A DNA stretch of 59,531 nucleotides, filler included, from Asterionella formosa (Eukaryota): NCBI GenBank assembly GCA_002256025.1. It is 12 parts of 12 records of this genome, joined end to end, with 100 filler letters (N's around TTAATTAATTAA, not from the genome) between each part and the next. Parts side by side here need not be neighbours in the genome. Positions count along the whole stretch, not along the records: positions 19,984 to 24,878 come from NKIB01013310.1; positions 24,979 to 29,868 come from NKIB01013311.1; positions 29,969 to 34,604 come from NKIB01013312.1; positions 34,705 to 39,594 come from NKIB01013313.1; 8 more parts are not named here. One strand, written 5' to 3'. A program made the translations under genes and the position numbers. The notes below the pieces were generated by a model, which searched no databases, was not told the DNA's origin, and saw nothing but the letters and a program-made list of their open reading frames with translations. Each line of letters starts with the position of its first letter. The first letter of the stretch is position 1. Below, piece by piece: positions 24,208-36,415 of the stretch.

Positions 24208-25710
24208 GTATGTATTCAATTGTCCTTCAAACCCAGCTAATGCTGAGTAATTATTGTCCAAAAATTCGACAAAATTGGGTCATAAACATGACACCATATA
24301 ATTCGAATCCGATGTATAACGGTACAATGTATCGGGATTTATTTGAGCTACCTGGTATTCCGAGTACCAGGTATCTATTTACAGCTGCTTTTATGACACA
24401 TTTCAATGAATCCTACATTTATTAATTTATATCAAACGCTACGTTACCTGACATGTTAGAATGTAGCGACATCGCATGCTCAAGAATGGGGTAAGCAACG
24501 TCAAAATTGACAGATCGGTATCTGTATTCTGCTCAGAAAGATGGGGTGAGAAACGTGTTTTTCAGGTCATCGAAGTGATAGTTCCAAATCTTCTTCGTGC
24601 GTCACAGCAGTGTTTTACTGGGGGTCGTGCAGTAACTGCTACCCGTACTACCGGTATCCTATGTATTGACTCCCTCTTACCACACATTCGTATCCCGGAT
24701 TGACGATGCCATTGCGAGCGTATTCTTTCGCGCATAAATGATCAAGGAAGGGCTTTTTACGCTTACAATACCGGGAAATTATTTATTTTTTGCGTAATTA
24801 AAATATATTTGTCCTTCATTAATTCTGTCCTGTATCGAGACAATTCACAACAAGACCATGTCAAGCAAGAATAACAACNNNNNNNNNNNNNNNNNNNNNN
24901 NNNNNNNNNNNNNNNNNNNNNNTTAATTAATTAANNNNNNNNNNNNNNNNNNNNNNNNNNNNNNNNNNNNNNNNNNNNTCCTAACGAGCTCTACTCGTTC
25001 GACATACTCAGACACAATAGGAGCATCACGCTGATGGAGGGCTGGGGAGAGTGTAGCATTGATATTCGCCATGTTTGATTTGTTCGTTGTGATTTGGTTC
25101 TTGTTTGAGGGAAGGCGCCATCAGCAAGAAGTGATGAAACGCCTTGTTCTCTTGAGTCCTGCTGCCTACCAGTAATACAGTACACATACCGGTATTAAAC
25201 CTTTTGTTTCTACATATTGGGTGCTTCGAAGAATTTGTAACAAAACTATATCACAAATATTCCATTGTGATTTGCTGTAAATGTTACCAGGTACCGTTAT
25301 GCACATGAAGCACGTGTCGTGACGGAGCGACATGATTTTTGCTCCTGCATGTTGCCTACGTGAATGTCATTAACCTTCTTTTTTTTGTTTATCGAATCTC
25401 AACTTTTTCTGATACCGGTAGTCGACTACCGGTAATCATTTAGTAATTCCAAATTCGTAGAATTGAATTTGTACCGGTAATTGCTTCTCTCTTGCATTGA
25501 GTTCAATATATGTGCGTATAAACTTAGTGTGGTATGGCTATCATATCCCTTAAATTACAGCGGTAAATACAAACGGACACCAGTATGCATATACATACAG
25601 GTAGCTATCATACCGGCAGTCCTTTCTCGCGACATGCCACTTAATAATTTCCAAATAGTACAGAAGGACACTTTTTCCCTCCAACAACCAAATCAACGAA
25701 CAAATCAAAC

Positions 25711-26570
25711 ATGGCGAGTTTCAGTTTTGCATACAATCATACCATTACCGACATTCATGCTCCAATAACCAATGAGTATGGTGAACGAGTAGAGTACTTT
25801 AGAAATGGATACTGTCGTTATCACCCAGAGATTCAGCTTCGTAAAAAGAAATTGTTTGGACGATGGAAGCCTTTGCTGACGAGCTGCCCTAATTGCGATC
25901 ATATGAATACCCAAGTGCCTAGTACTGGTCCTATTGGTGCAATTATTTCAGAAATGCAGCTGAATGAGAGGGAGGCTAGCATTCAAGAGGAAGGTCTCAT
26001 TAAGCTTCAGGCTTTGGCTGCTATTAACAACCAGGATGAGATTGCTAAGCATGGAGGTATCACGAGGATTGTGTCTGCCATGACGGAACATTTATCCAAT
26101 GCAACTGTGCAAGAATCTGGTTTTGGAGCACTTTGGAGTTTGGCTGTGAATAATTGCACTAACAAAGAGAAGATTGTAAGAGAAGGAGGTATTGCTGCGA
26201 TTCTGTCTGCTATGACTTTTCATCGATACAATGCTACTGTACAGCACTATGGTTGTCGAGCACTTTTTGACTTCGCTGTGGATAAAAAACAAGGGATGAG
26301 ATTGATCTGGAAAATAGTATCACTGGGATTCTTACTGCTATGAAGGATCATCCACTCAATGTTCATGTACATCATTATGGTTGTGCAGCACTTGGGAACT
26401 TGCATGTGAATGAGAACGACAAGGCGGCGACTATAATTGTGTATGCTAGTATGATGAATCATTTATCCAATGCTAATGTTCAATACTATGGTTGCGGAGC
26501 ACTTTGGAACTTGAATACTAACAACAAGATGGCGATTTCCAAAGCTAGTGGAATAGTCGCAACTATCTTT
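25711..26570 (+). pseudogene. Armadillo-repeat protein with an N-terminal CxxH...CxxC domain; frameshift near 26290, apparently truncated near 26570
   Basis: Repeated GGIxxIxxAMxxHxxxxxVQxxGCxALxxL units; CRYHPEIQLRKKKLFGRWKPLLTSCPNC. Confidence 0.75.
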
Positions 26571-27949
26571 TTGTTCATATTTCTGTATTTGCGGAAGAAA
26601 TCATGGCCAGAAGTTCCCATTCCATTTGATGTGAATATCATTTGCTACAGTCATGCACATGCAGCTTTTTGTCCTCCAAATATTTGTAAACGAATGGCTG
26701 TAGGCTATAGAAAATCATTGTAAAAATTATATTAATTAATCCTTTGTTTTCTAAGCAAAATTAATATTGTTTTGTGATGCCAATTGAGTGATGAAAAATT
26801 AGGGGTTGATCACTGTTGTTTTATTTCTAAACTTCTTCATCTCAACGAATATGAAATGCTGCCGAGATTTGCTGAGATAAAGAATGGGAAATTCCCAAAT
26901 CAATTGTGGCAATAACATAACTTTGGATTCATTAATCCTATATTCTTCTGTAGAAATCTTCGTAGACTTTGCTCTCCATCTGATAAAAACATGGAATAAT
27001 AAACTTTCTTTACAAAAAAGGGGGGGGGGGGAAGGGGCGTTCTTATCATTTTGGATAGGGTATCATAATATTTGAAAAAGCATCATGCAATGGCTACCGT
27101 ACTCAATTTGCTTATACTGAAGATATTCATTCTCCACATTAAAAAACCCAATTTGTAGCACCCAAAGTATCGCGTATTCGGATAGTTGACTAATGTATCA
27201 GGCTTCTTCAAGACCCCTGTTTTTGATGTCGTCTGAACCTCAGACTTGCTACCATGGTATTTCACCATATAAATGGCGTCTTACTGTTTGTTTATCATGA
27301 GAAATCTCATCCAGAATGATAGCTAGTAAAGATGTGTTGCTTTGTTGCTAGTCAAAAAGCAGCTAATGCGCTAGTCAACAGTAGGAAAACTATATTTGTA
27401 GAAGCTTTAACGGAAGTTAAGTGTCCATCATATTCATGCAATGATGCATAAGAAGCACCAAAAGGAAAGATAATGAAAGAAACTTGGCATCATAAAGAGA
27501 AAAAATAGAGGAGTCAATCTTGAACTAAGAGATTTGACTATGTTGGGTATTTGCGTGTAGTGTAATGAGCAATGATAGTTCATCCCTCCTTGAGATTTCA
27601 TGCCTTTTTTTGTTAATATTCTTCGATTTTTTCATTGTATTCTGATTGAGAAATTGTATTTTCCTGCCATTATGTAACACAGAATTTCTTTTCTTCCAGG
27701 CGCTGTGCATCCTTTAATTAAGAGGCTTCCACTACCTACATGTTCCAAGTAGGGATATGCAGAACAAAAACCCTATCTACACATGAGAAGTGCTCCATAG
27801 GTAAATATTTATATATGTAACAGGAAATCATTAAACAAAACATTCAGTTGCAAGACTCATGTACCAATGATGATGTTTCTTTTTATACAAAATCTGATTC
27901 CAAAGTGCAATCCTGCACTCATTCGTTTGTGTGTGTCGATTGGCTGCTG

Positions 27950-28700
27950 CTTGTGATGTTCGCTTTCTTTTCCTGGCATCATGTTCTGCTGCATCATCAC
28001 CAATTTTCGCACATCTTCTCTGTTAAGAATAGATTCAATCATTTGATTTGCAAGGGTTCCTGAAAGTCCATCTTGCAAGTCGAGCTGGTCAGGTGTAATA
28101 GATGTTCTGTGGTTGCTGTGAGGGATTCTATTCGTCTCAATTGGACGACAGCAAATTTCGTCAGCTGCATTTCAGGATTCAACAAACAATTATAGTTCAG
28201 GGGTCCTAGCCTTGCTCTCCTGTTACCGCCATTTTGTTTGTGCGTAATCTTGCAAAGAAATTCCCAAGCATGTCTGTACAACAATTCCGACTACACCTGG
28301 TGTTCTCAATTGCAAATGGAAGATGGTGCAAAGACTTCTTGGTAAGTAAGTCTCTCTTCGCTTGTGTGAGCTGCATCTTGAAATATCCATTCTGTTCTGA
28401 CAAATCCCCAACTTGCCAGAATAAAATACAATGCTTACTTACTACAATGCCAGATTTGAATGTTTTCCATGAACGACTTTCCATTTGAAAGTGAATGTGC
28501 AAGTTGCAGTCCCTCTTGGCATGTGATGGGAAAATGCATTTTACCCAACTGATCAATGAGCTCCACAATGTAAGGTTCCACTTCGGTGAGATGCGAGCTG
28601 TGATTGTTCCATGATTGTTTTTTCTTTTTGCACAGCCATGTTCTAACTGTTTCGAAATTAAAATTGACAGCAGGAGGAATACCAAGTGACTTCTTTTCTA
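27950..28700 (-). pseudogene. pogo-like DDE transposase remnant
   Basis: WQVGDLSEQNGYFKMQLTQAKRDLL and GPLNYNCLLNPEM motifs in shifted frames. Confidence 0.6.
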
Positions 28701-29968
28701 ATCAATATTATACAGGTAAGTGTATTCCGCTTCACTTGTGATTCTCCTCCTCCTTTTCTTTTAGCTAAAAATGTAGTATATCAGTATGTACACATTCCCT
28801 TTCCAGTGTATGGGCAATAATGATATTTGGTGGGTCTACCACCCACCACCTTGTTGGCATTCCCATTTAGCTATGAATGCTCAAGGTACTTAGGCAATTT
28901 CAGGTGACAGGGATAGGGATATGACATGAATCAGACACCAAATGAATTGATTACAACATTTTTACATATAGCTGTGTATATCATACAACAATGAATCCTC
29001 AAAATGTGGAGTAATCCGTGTTCTGACAATATTTTCGTTGATTGCACTTTTCAACCAATATTTTAAGAGAAACCAATTGCAATAAACTTTTATCTAATTG
29101 CATAGCTAGCCTTAAAGCGTTCATGCTCAAGATTTGGGTCAAAGTTTTAAAATTAACATATCGGCATTTGGTGGGGTCGAACTGTATTTTTCTCCTGTTC
29201 AGCGGGTCACGGCGGTGGTTCCAAATTTTTTGAGTGGGTGGTCAAGCACAGCAGTCTTTTTACTGGTACCTATATACTTGAAAAACAATATACTGGTACA
29301 TACCAGGTACGAGGTACTCATTCACACTTCACAATTTAGTTACTGGCGCTATTGAGCCGAGCAGGAGTTGTGACGTGTATCAAGAGTGTCGAGCTCCGTA
29401 AATTTGTCGAACGAACGCTCATGATCGGTGCATCATGCTTATAGGAAGGAGGAGGAGAATCCTTCCCAGATGCACAGGCACGACTGAAGATAAAAATAGG
29501 GGAAGTAATATATAGACACCGACAAACGGATTGTGATTCATTCGATGTCACAGCATCTTGTGCAGGTACCAGGTACCGTTACGTTCGTTACTGCTGTTGC
29601 TTGGTCGTGTTTCTTGCTGCGCGCAGAAAGGAGTTCTTGAAATGTCCTATGTATATGTCTTATGTACATTCTTTTGGAACCTGGCCGATCAAACCAATAG
29701 CCCCACCAAGCGAGTTGCTACATTTTTCGACTGAGTCGAGCTAGGTCCCTACACAGATTTACACGTGGGCAACGCTAACAATGTATACCACCGGTACTAG
29801 TAAACCGGTACAAACGGCTGCATGTGGCTCGTTTAGTATTGTTCTGAATGTGCAAGATCGCTAGTAAGNNNNNNNNNNNNNNNNNNNNNNNNNNNNNNNN
29901 NNNNNNNNNNNNTTAATTAATTAANNNNNNNNNNNNNNNNNNNNNNNNNNNNNNNNNNNNNNNNNNNN

Positions 29969-32900
29969 CTGTAAATCATTTACCCCATGAACTATGTATC
30001 GTAGTCATGATTCGGGAAATTTGTCCATTGTCCATTTATATTTATATACATAAGTATTTGTATGATACTTTCTACTATTACCGGTTTTCTACACCCACTA
30101 CCCGGTATGGTTGAAAATAGCTGCGTCAATTTGACCCGGCTCAAATGGCGAGCAGCGAATTTTTACGACGGCTAACGAAAAAAAATACAAAATATCTACT
30201 GGAGGGTCAGCTTACTCGCGAAAATTCTTTTTTGACGCTTGTACACAGCGGCCGGCCAATCAAATTTTTGCCGGAGGACGAATTAACATGTCGCTATCGT
30301 AATTATGACCGGAAAAGCATGACAGTCGTTACATTTACATTCAACGGTACCAGTTGAATTTGTTTTCGAGCCACTAAACGATACATATAATATGGACAGT
30401 GTAGTACCTATAGCAATAAATGAATCGATTAGTCACTTTTACCATTGAGCCGGCATCTCTCTAGAATATACATAGACAATTGTGTAGAAAACTGAATATC
30501 ACATATTTACCAAGTTGCGTTTAACCGCCATGGACCATGTACTAAAGCAATAATTGAATCAATTAGTCACTCTTAAAAAATGAATACAATATTTCTAGAA
30601 GGCCAAAAATCGAACCCAATTTTATTTCAGATAGTCTACCGTAATTCACATCAGAAATTGCTTCTGACACACCACAAAATGAAGCAAATTGCAGTCATCT
30701 CATTAACAACAATGAAACCTATAGCAAGAAAACAGCCTCAACCATCCAAAAAGTACAAGGTGTTACCTAATGCTTTGGATAAGACTGTCGTGTCACTTCT
30801 TTAGAATAATATAGTTATGGAATTAGAAATTTTGAAAGGCTAATAACAATAGCAAATTTCCATACAGTGCAATATCAAATATTGTTGTGCGCATCAAAGG
30901 CAGCTACACTGGCTTTACTAACAAAACCTATGGTCCAGTAACATTTGCAGAAACTAATAAATCAGCTGGGAAAGGCAACTAATTCACTAGGCTAGTACAA
31001 TTACCTGCTACTATGACACTAAAAACAGCCAGTCATTGGCAGGACAAACAACAAATTCAAGTTTAAATATCTAACTCAAAAATGCAAGAGAGACTTATTC
31101 ACCCCAAAGGAAAGGCGTTGTGCTGCATTTGCTGCTGAAAAGGAGGATGACATTGTTGATCTGGTGTCAAAAGCTTGGGATGAATCCTTTGCCCATATCG
31201 CTACAAACCGAAAAGTTGTTGCTGAACAAGGTTGGGATCCATAGAACTACAACTTGTTGCTCCATCTGGAAAATCAACTGAAAAGTAGCTACCTCAAATC
31301 TGCAAACAGAAGCAAACAATAATCCACCAGTCACTTCCATTCCCCCAACCGAACTAAACTTGAGGCAAGGCATCACTGGAACCCTTGCTGATCAGGTTGT
31401 GCAGTATTACAATCATGAGGATGCTAGAAATAGAATAAATCTTGACAAACTTCTTGCCCGCCAACGAAAAGGACAGCACTAAGGGTGATCGCAAGCAATA
31501 AACGATACACAGCCAGTCTTCATGTCCCTGCAGGCAGGTACTTCAACTCCTGAAGTGGTCGATGACCAGCTTAGAAGGAAGAGGCATGCAGAAGAAGTGC
31601 AGAGTGAGTGAGAGAATAAGAAAATAGATGCAAACATGGCGCTTGCAAACAAGGTTTATGCGATCAGATCTCTAAACAAACAGCCTGCAGAGCTGAGAGT
31701 GGCGCAAACGAGAACAATGACAACGGGGTACAAGCAAGCAGGCAATCTTACTTTACCAACAACAAAGCAACTTCTACTTACCAGATACCGTGACACCATG
31801 ATGCGTGGCTACACTGCAGTACCAGTTGCAACTGCAATGGTGCCACTTCCTCACCCTTCGGTCGCTCCAATTACATCATGACAAGATATGATTGGACAAA
31901 CACCAGTCTAGTAAGAACGATACAACGACTATTAATAAAAATGCAAGGAGTCTTTGATTGAACTGACAAGATAAAATAGGAACACCACCAGTATAAGAAC
32001 GATGCAACTACTTCGAAAAAACATGCAAATGATATAATATGTTCTAACTGTGGCCTATAAAGCAAAATAACAGCATAAAGATCACCGACGTTGTGTACTC
32101 TCCGGTTTTGCATTGAAACAGTCTAATGAAAACAAAATTGTTGATTTCGGTTCATCTTCTCCCAATTCTATTCCAAGAAGTGATGATCTTCGGCCTTCTG
32201 TGCCCGTGGTAGATTTTGTTTTCACTTCCTCAGAGCGTCTGGACGACTCTACAATCGAAATTGATAGACTTGATATGAATTCTCCTCCTTCCACAGCAAA
32301 AGCAAAAGTTAAATTAAAGGCAACTCCAGACTTGGTTGCCAATCCAGAAAAAGTAGTCCATGACTTGTCACTAAAGAGTTCCGAAAATGTTGGAGTGAAT
32401 GGGAAAGTAAATGAAGAAAAGGTAGAGGAGCAAAGAAGTGATTTATCTCAATTATCCAGTAAGGCTTTGGAACTATTGAAACAGGACATGGTTGCCAGTA
32501 CAGAAGTAGTTCATGACTACTTACAAAAGATTTCTGAAACTGTGGGTCACTGGGAAAGTAATTGAATAGGTTGAGGACACAATGGATTTATCCAGTAAGG
32601 ATAAATCACTATTGAAATTTTTCGATGAAGGAATTCATAAAAAATTTCGTGAAAGAGTGACGAAAAATGAAGAAACACATCAATTTTAAGTTAGCTGCTG
32701 CTGTTTCGGGATTTGGTGAAAAATCCTGGAATGTTTCATTGATCACCTTTATAGTGTTTCACAATTTTTTTGTGGAAGGCATGTCCTGCCCATTCTGCGT
32801 GAATTGCCAAGTATTTGACACATAATACTACCGCCCCCCCCCCTCAGAAGTACGTTAATATTGCTAGAATGAATATTCACTTAAATTGTTAGAGAAGCAG

Positions 32901-34604
32901 TTCAGAGAAAAACAAAAGGAACTCGACACTTTTGCTTCTTGGAATCTTGAAATTCTGACCGGGAGTTCATTGTTCATGAACTGCATCTCTCAAGCATTCA
33001 TTTAATTGTTGAATCTCAAGAAAAAAATGACTGGAATACTCAACATCCTTATCCATCTTGTAACAGTCACTATCTCCAACCCTCCATTGAATTCCTCATT
33101 GTGGTTTATTTACAAACAAGACATCATCAACATTATGTACTGTGTGGTTTTGATTTATATAAAGGCAACGTTGAGAAAAACGTGATCCTGAACATGGAGT
33201 GAGTTTGAAAAGTCATTTACCAATGATACGTGGCGTGCACCAAGGATGTGATAACTGGAAGTACATTCAAATTCCTGGTAAGTCTTGAATATTTTATCTT
33301 ATCATCCATACTTGTAGTAAACAATGTTCCTTTGAAATAGGTTATAGACATACAGAGATGTATGTCATACATGCATTTTGAAGAAGAGGAAATGTCGAGA
33401 TATTATTACGAAATTGATAATACTTTCTATTCCACACAAACTGATGAGGTAATGGGGATGTGCTCATTCTGTTACAGAATGCACAGTGGAAAGTATGAGT
33501 GACCAGAAGTATGATTATCAAGAGTAATAAATAGCAATCAATTTAATTCGGTTTTTGTTCATTATTGATCAAACATGCTAATAGGTTTGATCAATGGTAG
33601 GAATTTGTTAGAGCAGTTAAAGTAAAAATAAGATCGAAAGCTAGCAAAATACAATTTGATCACAGCATTCCAAATGTTAGATCAAACGAATAGTTGATTT
33701 GATCTAGTAATGATTACTATCTTTGGATTGTATGCCTAAAAAGTAGTTGATATTAAGAGTAAGAGTGCTGTATTAACGATAAGCGTATAATAAAGGCTGA
33801 TCACTCATTGATGCAACATAAGCGATCGATTTGATATTACAAAATGTGTGTGATCTATGATATACAAGTTTATAATCATATCAATTGCAAAAACGAGTTT
33901 GATCAATGAGTTTTTCTGTATGATCAATCAAAAAATGATATGTCAAACTGCAATATTTTGGGGCAGTGGATAATAGAGTTGCTTGTTAGGCCTATTGGTT
34001 TTTAAATTTACAGATGAGGGAACTTGTACAGATGAGGGTACTTTCGTTTCCTGCTGTGTATGAATGATATGTGAATGATCTGCCCTAGTGGACTACTTAC
34101 ACTAAAACGTAAACCCGGCATTCCTAATCTGTGGGAAAAATCGTCCACATTTTTCCGTCCAGTTGAGGAAGAAAACAATTGCTGTTTTGATGATTGAAAC
34201 CGTTTTATGTCCGATGGTATGGTCTATTCACATTAAAATAATCAAAGTGACATGTTGTACCGGTATTCATTTTCCCGTGAATATTTGACTTTAGCGATAT
34301 TCACATGCAAACAATTTACATACACAAGTTATATTGGTTTCGATTAATTTGTTTAAATGATAACACCATTCAATTAGGGAAACAGAGTTGATACTCACGT
34401 CTATGTAACTCATAAAAATGAATTTTCTCGAGTAAGCCGACCCCCAGGAGAAAATTTGCTTTTTTTCGTCATCCGTCCAAAAATCCGCTGCTCGACATAC
34501 CAATAGTAGAAATTGTCATATACACAACCGGAATATCATATATGTATGATGGACAAATTTACGGCATCATGACTACGGTACACACTTGGGTTAATGATTT
34601 GCAC
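29969..34604. mobile_element. Contig bounded by long imperfect inverted repeats (29969-30235 / 34410-34604); probable non-autonomous DNA transposon
   Basis: cgtagtcatgat..aaatttgtccat, tttctactatt and cgagcagcg...gcttactcg.gaaaattc occur at the left end and reverse-complemented at the right end. Confidence 0.7.
31140..31810 (+). pseudogene. C-terminal remnant of a pogo-like transposase
   Basis: DIVDLVSKAWDESFA...AEQGWDP*NYNLLLH, same motif family as the remnant at 27950-28700. Confidence 0.55.
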
Positions 34605-35898
34605 NNNNNNNNNNNNNNNNNNNNNNNNNNNNNNNNNNNNNNNNNNNNTTAATTAATTAANNNNNNNNNNNNNNNNNNNNNNNNNNNNNNNNNNNNNNNN
34701 NNNNGTACCGGTAGTCGTGTTCGTTTTTCACTATAAGGAGGAGGGGCAGTAAGGTGTCACTCAAGGGGCAGTGGCATACGTGGTACATATAGAGGAAGTT
34801 CACTGGTTCATGAACAAACATACAAATTGAGCAATAACAATTATATCGTATATACACGCAATGTCTAGACAGGTGCAGGTGTTTAATTCCCTTTGGGCCT
34901 TTTGTCATTAACGCTGCACAAGAAAAACAACTATGTACTTGCGTACATTTTGTATCTGTGTATCGATGTGTGCATGTTTGTAAATTTTCATGCTCGTTGA
35001 TACGAACATTTATGATGAAGGAAACGAATCATGGATGATGGGGGCAATTGTCATGACAAATTCCCTGAGAATGTTCCTGATCCTATATTCTGATCGAGTT
35101 CGAGTTTGCTAGAAGAAGGACCTACGGAAACGGCATAAGCGAATTGGGACATATGACTCGCGTTTTGGGGCTGTCCAGGACTCAATTTGGCGTACGTAGT
35201 GCAGGTTACAATGCCTGTAAACAATATGGCATGTACCCCCGGCATGGTGCCGATAGCACATTTTCGTGACGAAACCGACAAATGACCGCAGCTTGCAGGT
35301 ACTGGTAGTATGTACTGACATATGATGATAAATTTTACCAACGCTTCGACACACACGCAGGTCATAACAAACGTTCTCTGATTATATGCTATCAAGACAA
35401 CAGTGTAAAACAAAACGGAATCCTGAATCCGTTTGTTTGATGTCTCACATGATATTGGAATTGAGCATCACACACCAACCTATGTACCGATACAATTCAT
35501 GATGTATAGCTGGACGCAAATTCCAGAAACCCCAGGTAGTCCTGGTATAACAATTAACCGTACCCCTAAATATTATAAATTTCGCGACTAAAATATTGCT
35601 GAAAAATGCCAATCACTATGATGGCATTGCATTCATTGTGCTCAGCTCCTTCGAGGCCCGGTTATAGCATTGCAATAGTCCTGATGAGTAGAAACTTCAC
35701 CTTGAAGGGGCTGCTGCACATTAAAGCAATAGCTTTGACATACTTCGCATTGTTTGTCAGTGCTGCTGATACCTGTATATATGACTCCACATATTGCTGA
35801 TACAATCAATCAACTATCATATAATATATAACTTATTTCACATCTTTTGCTTCAATTAATCATGTTATTGTTTTAGTCCTCATATTGGCTGTTGTGCA

Positions 35899-36312
35899 GC
35901 TAGTGTGAAAGTGTCAAATCTGGTTGAACTTTCATGAAATTAAAAATTGTACATTTCTAAATGACATGAAAAATGTGTCATTGGCAGCTTCAACTTTTGT
36001 TTTCAATGTCAGAGTTATTCGATGTTGTGCTTGATACATTTACCAAATAGGAAAGTGTCGTTCTCAATTTTCGTGGAGATATTTGCTATTTTCATCATGG
36101 TGGTAAAGTCTGTGATGACATGATGAAGGATTCTCAAGCCACTCACAACCAATTTTGGTAACCTCTAGCATGTTATTCTTGTTTTAGTTGTCATTTTGTT
36201 TGTTTTTCAGCTAGTGTGAAAGTGTCAAATCTTGCTGGTTGTAACATTGCCATGTCAAAAATTGTGCATTTCTAAATAACGTGAAAAATTGTGTCATGGG
36301 CAACTTCAATTA
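35899..36312 (+). repeat. Imperfect direct repeat of about 100 bp (35899-35995 and 36210-36312)
   Basis: gctagtgtgaaagtgtcaaatc...aaaattgt.catttctaaat.ac.tgaaaaat present twice. Confidence 0.8.
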
Positions 36313-36415
36313 TTGTTGTCATTATTATAGGGCTATTACAATCATTCTTTAATGATTGTTGCTTCAGTTTCCTTGGTTGACTGCCACTGACAAAAACTGG
36401 GACCAGTACCAGTCA

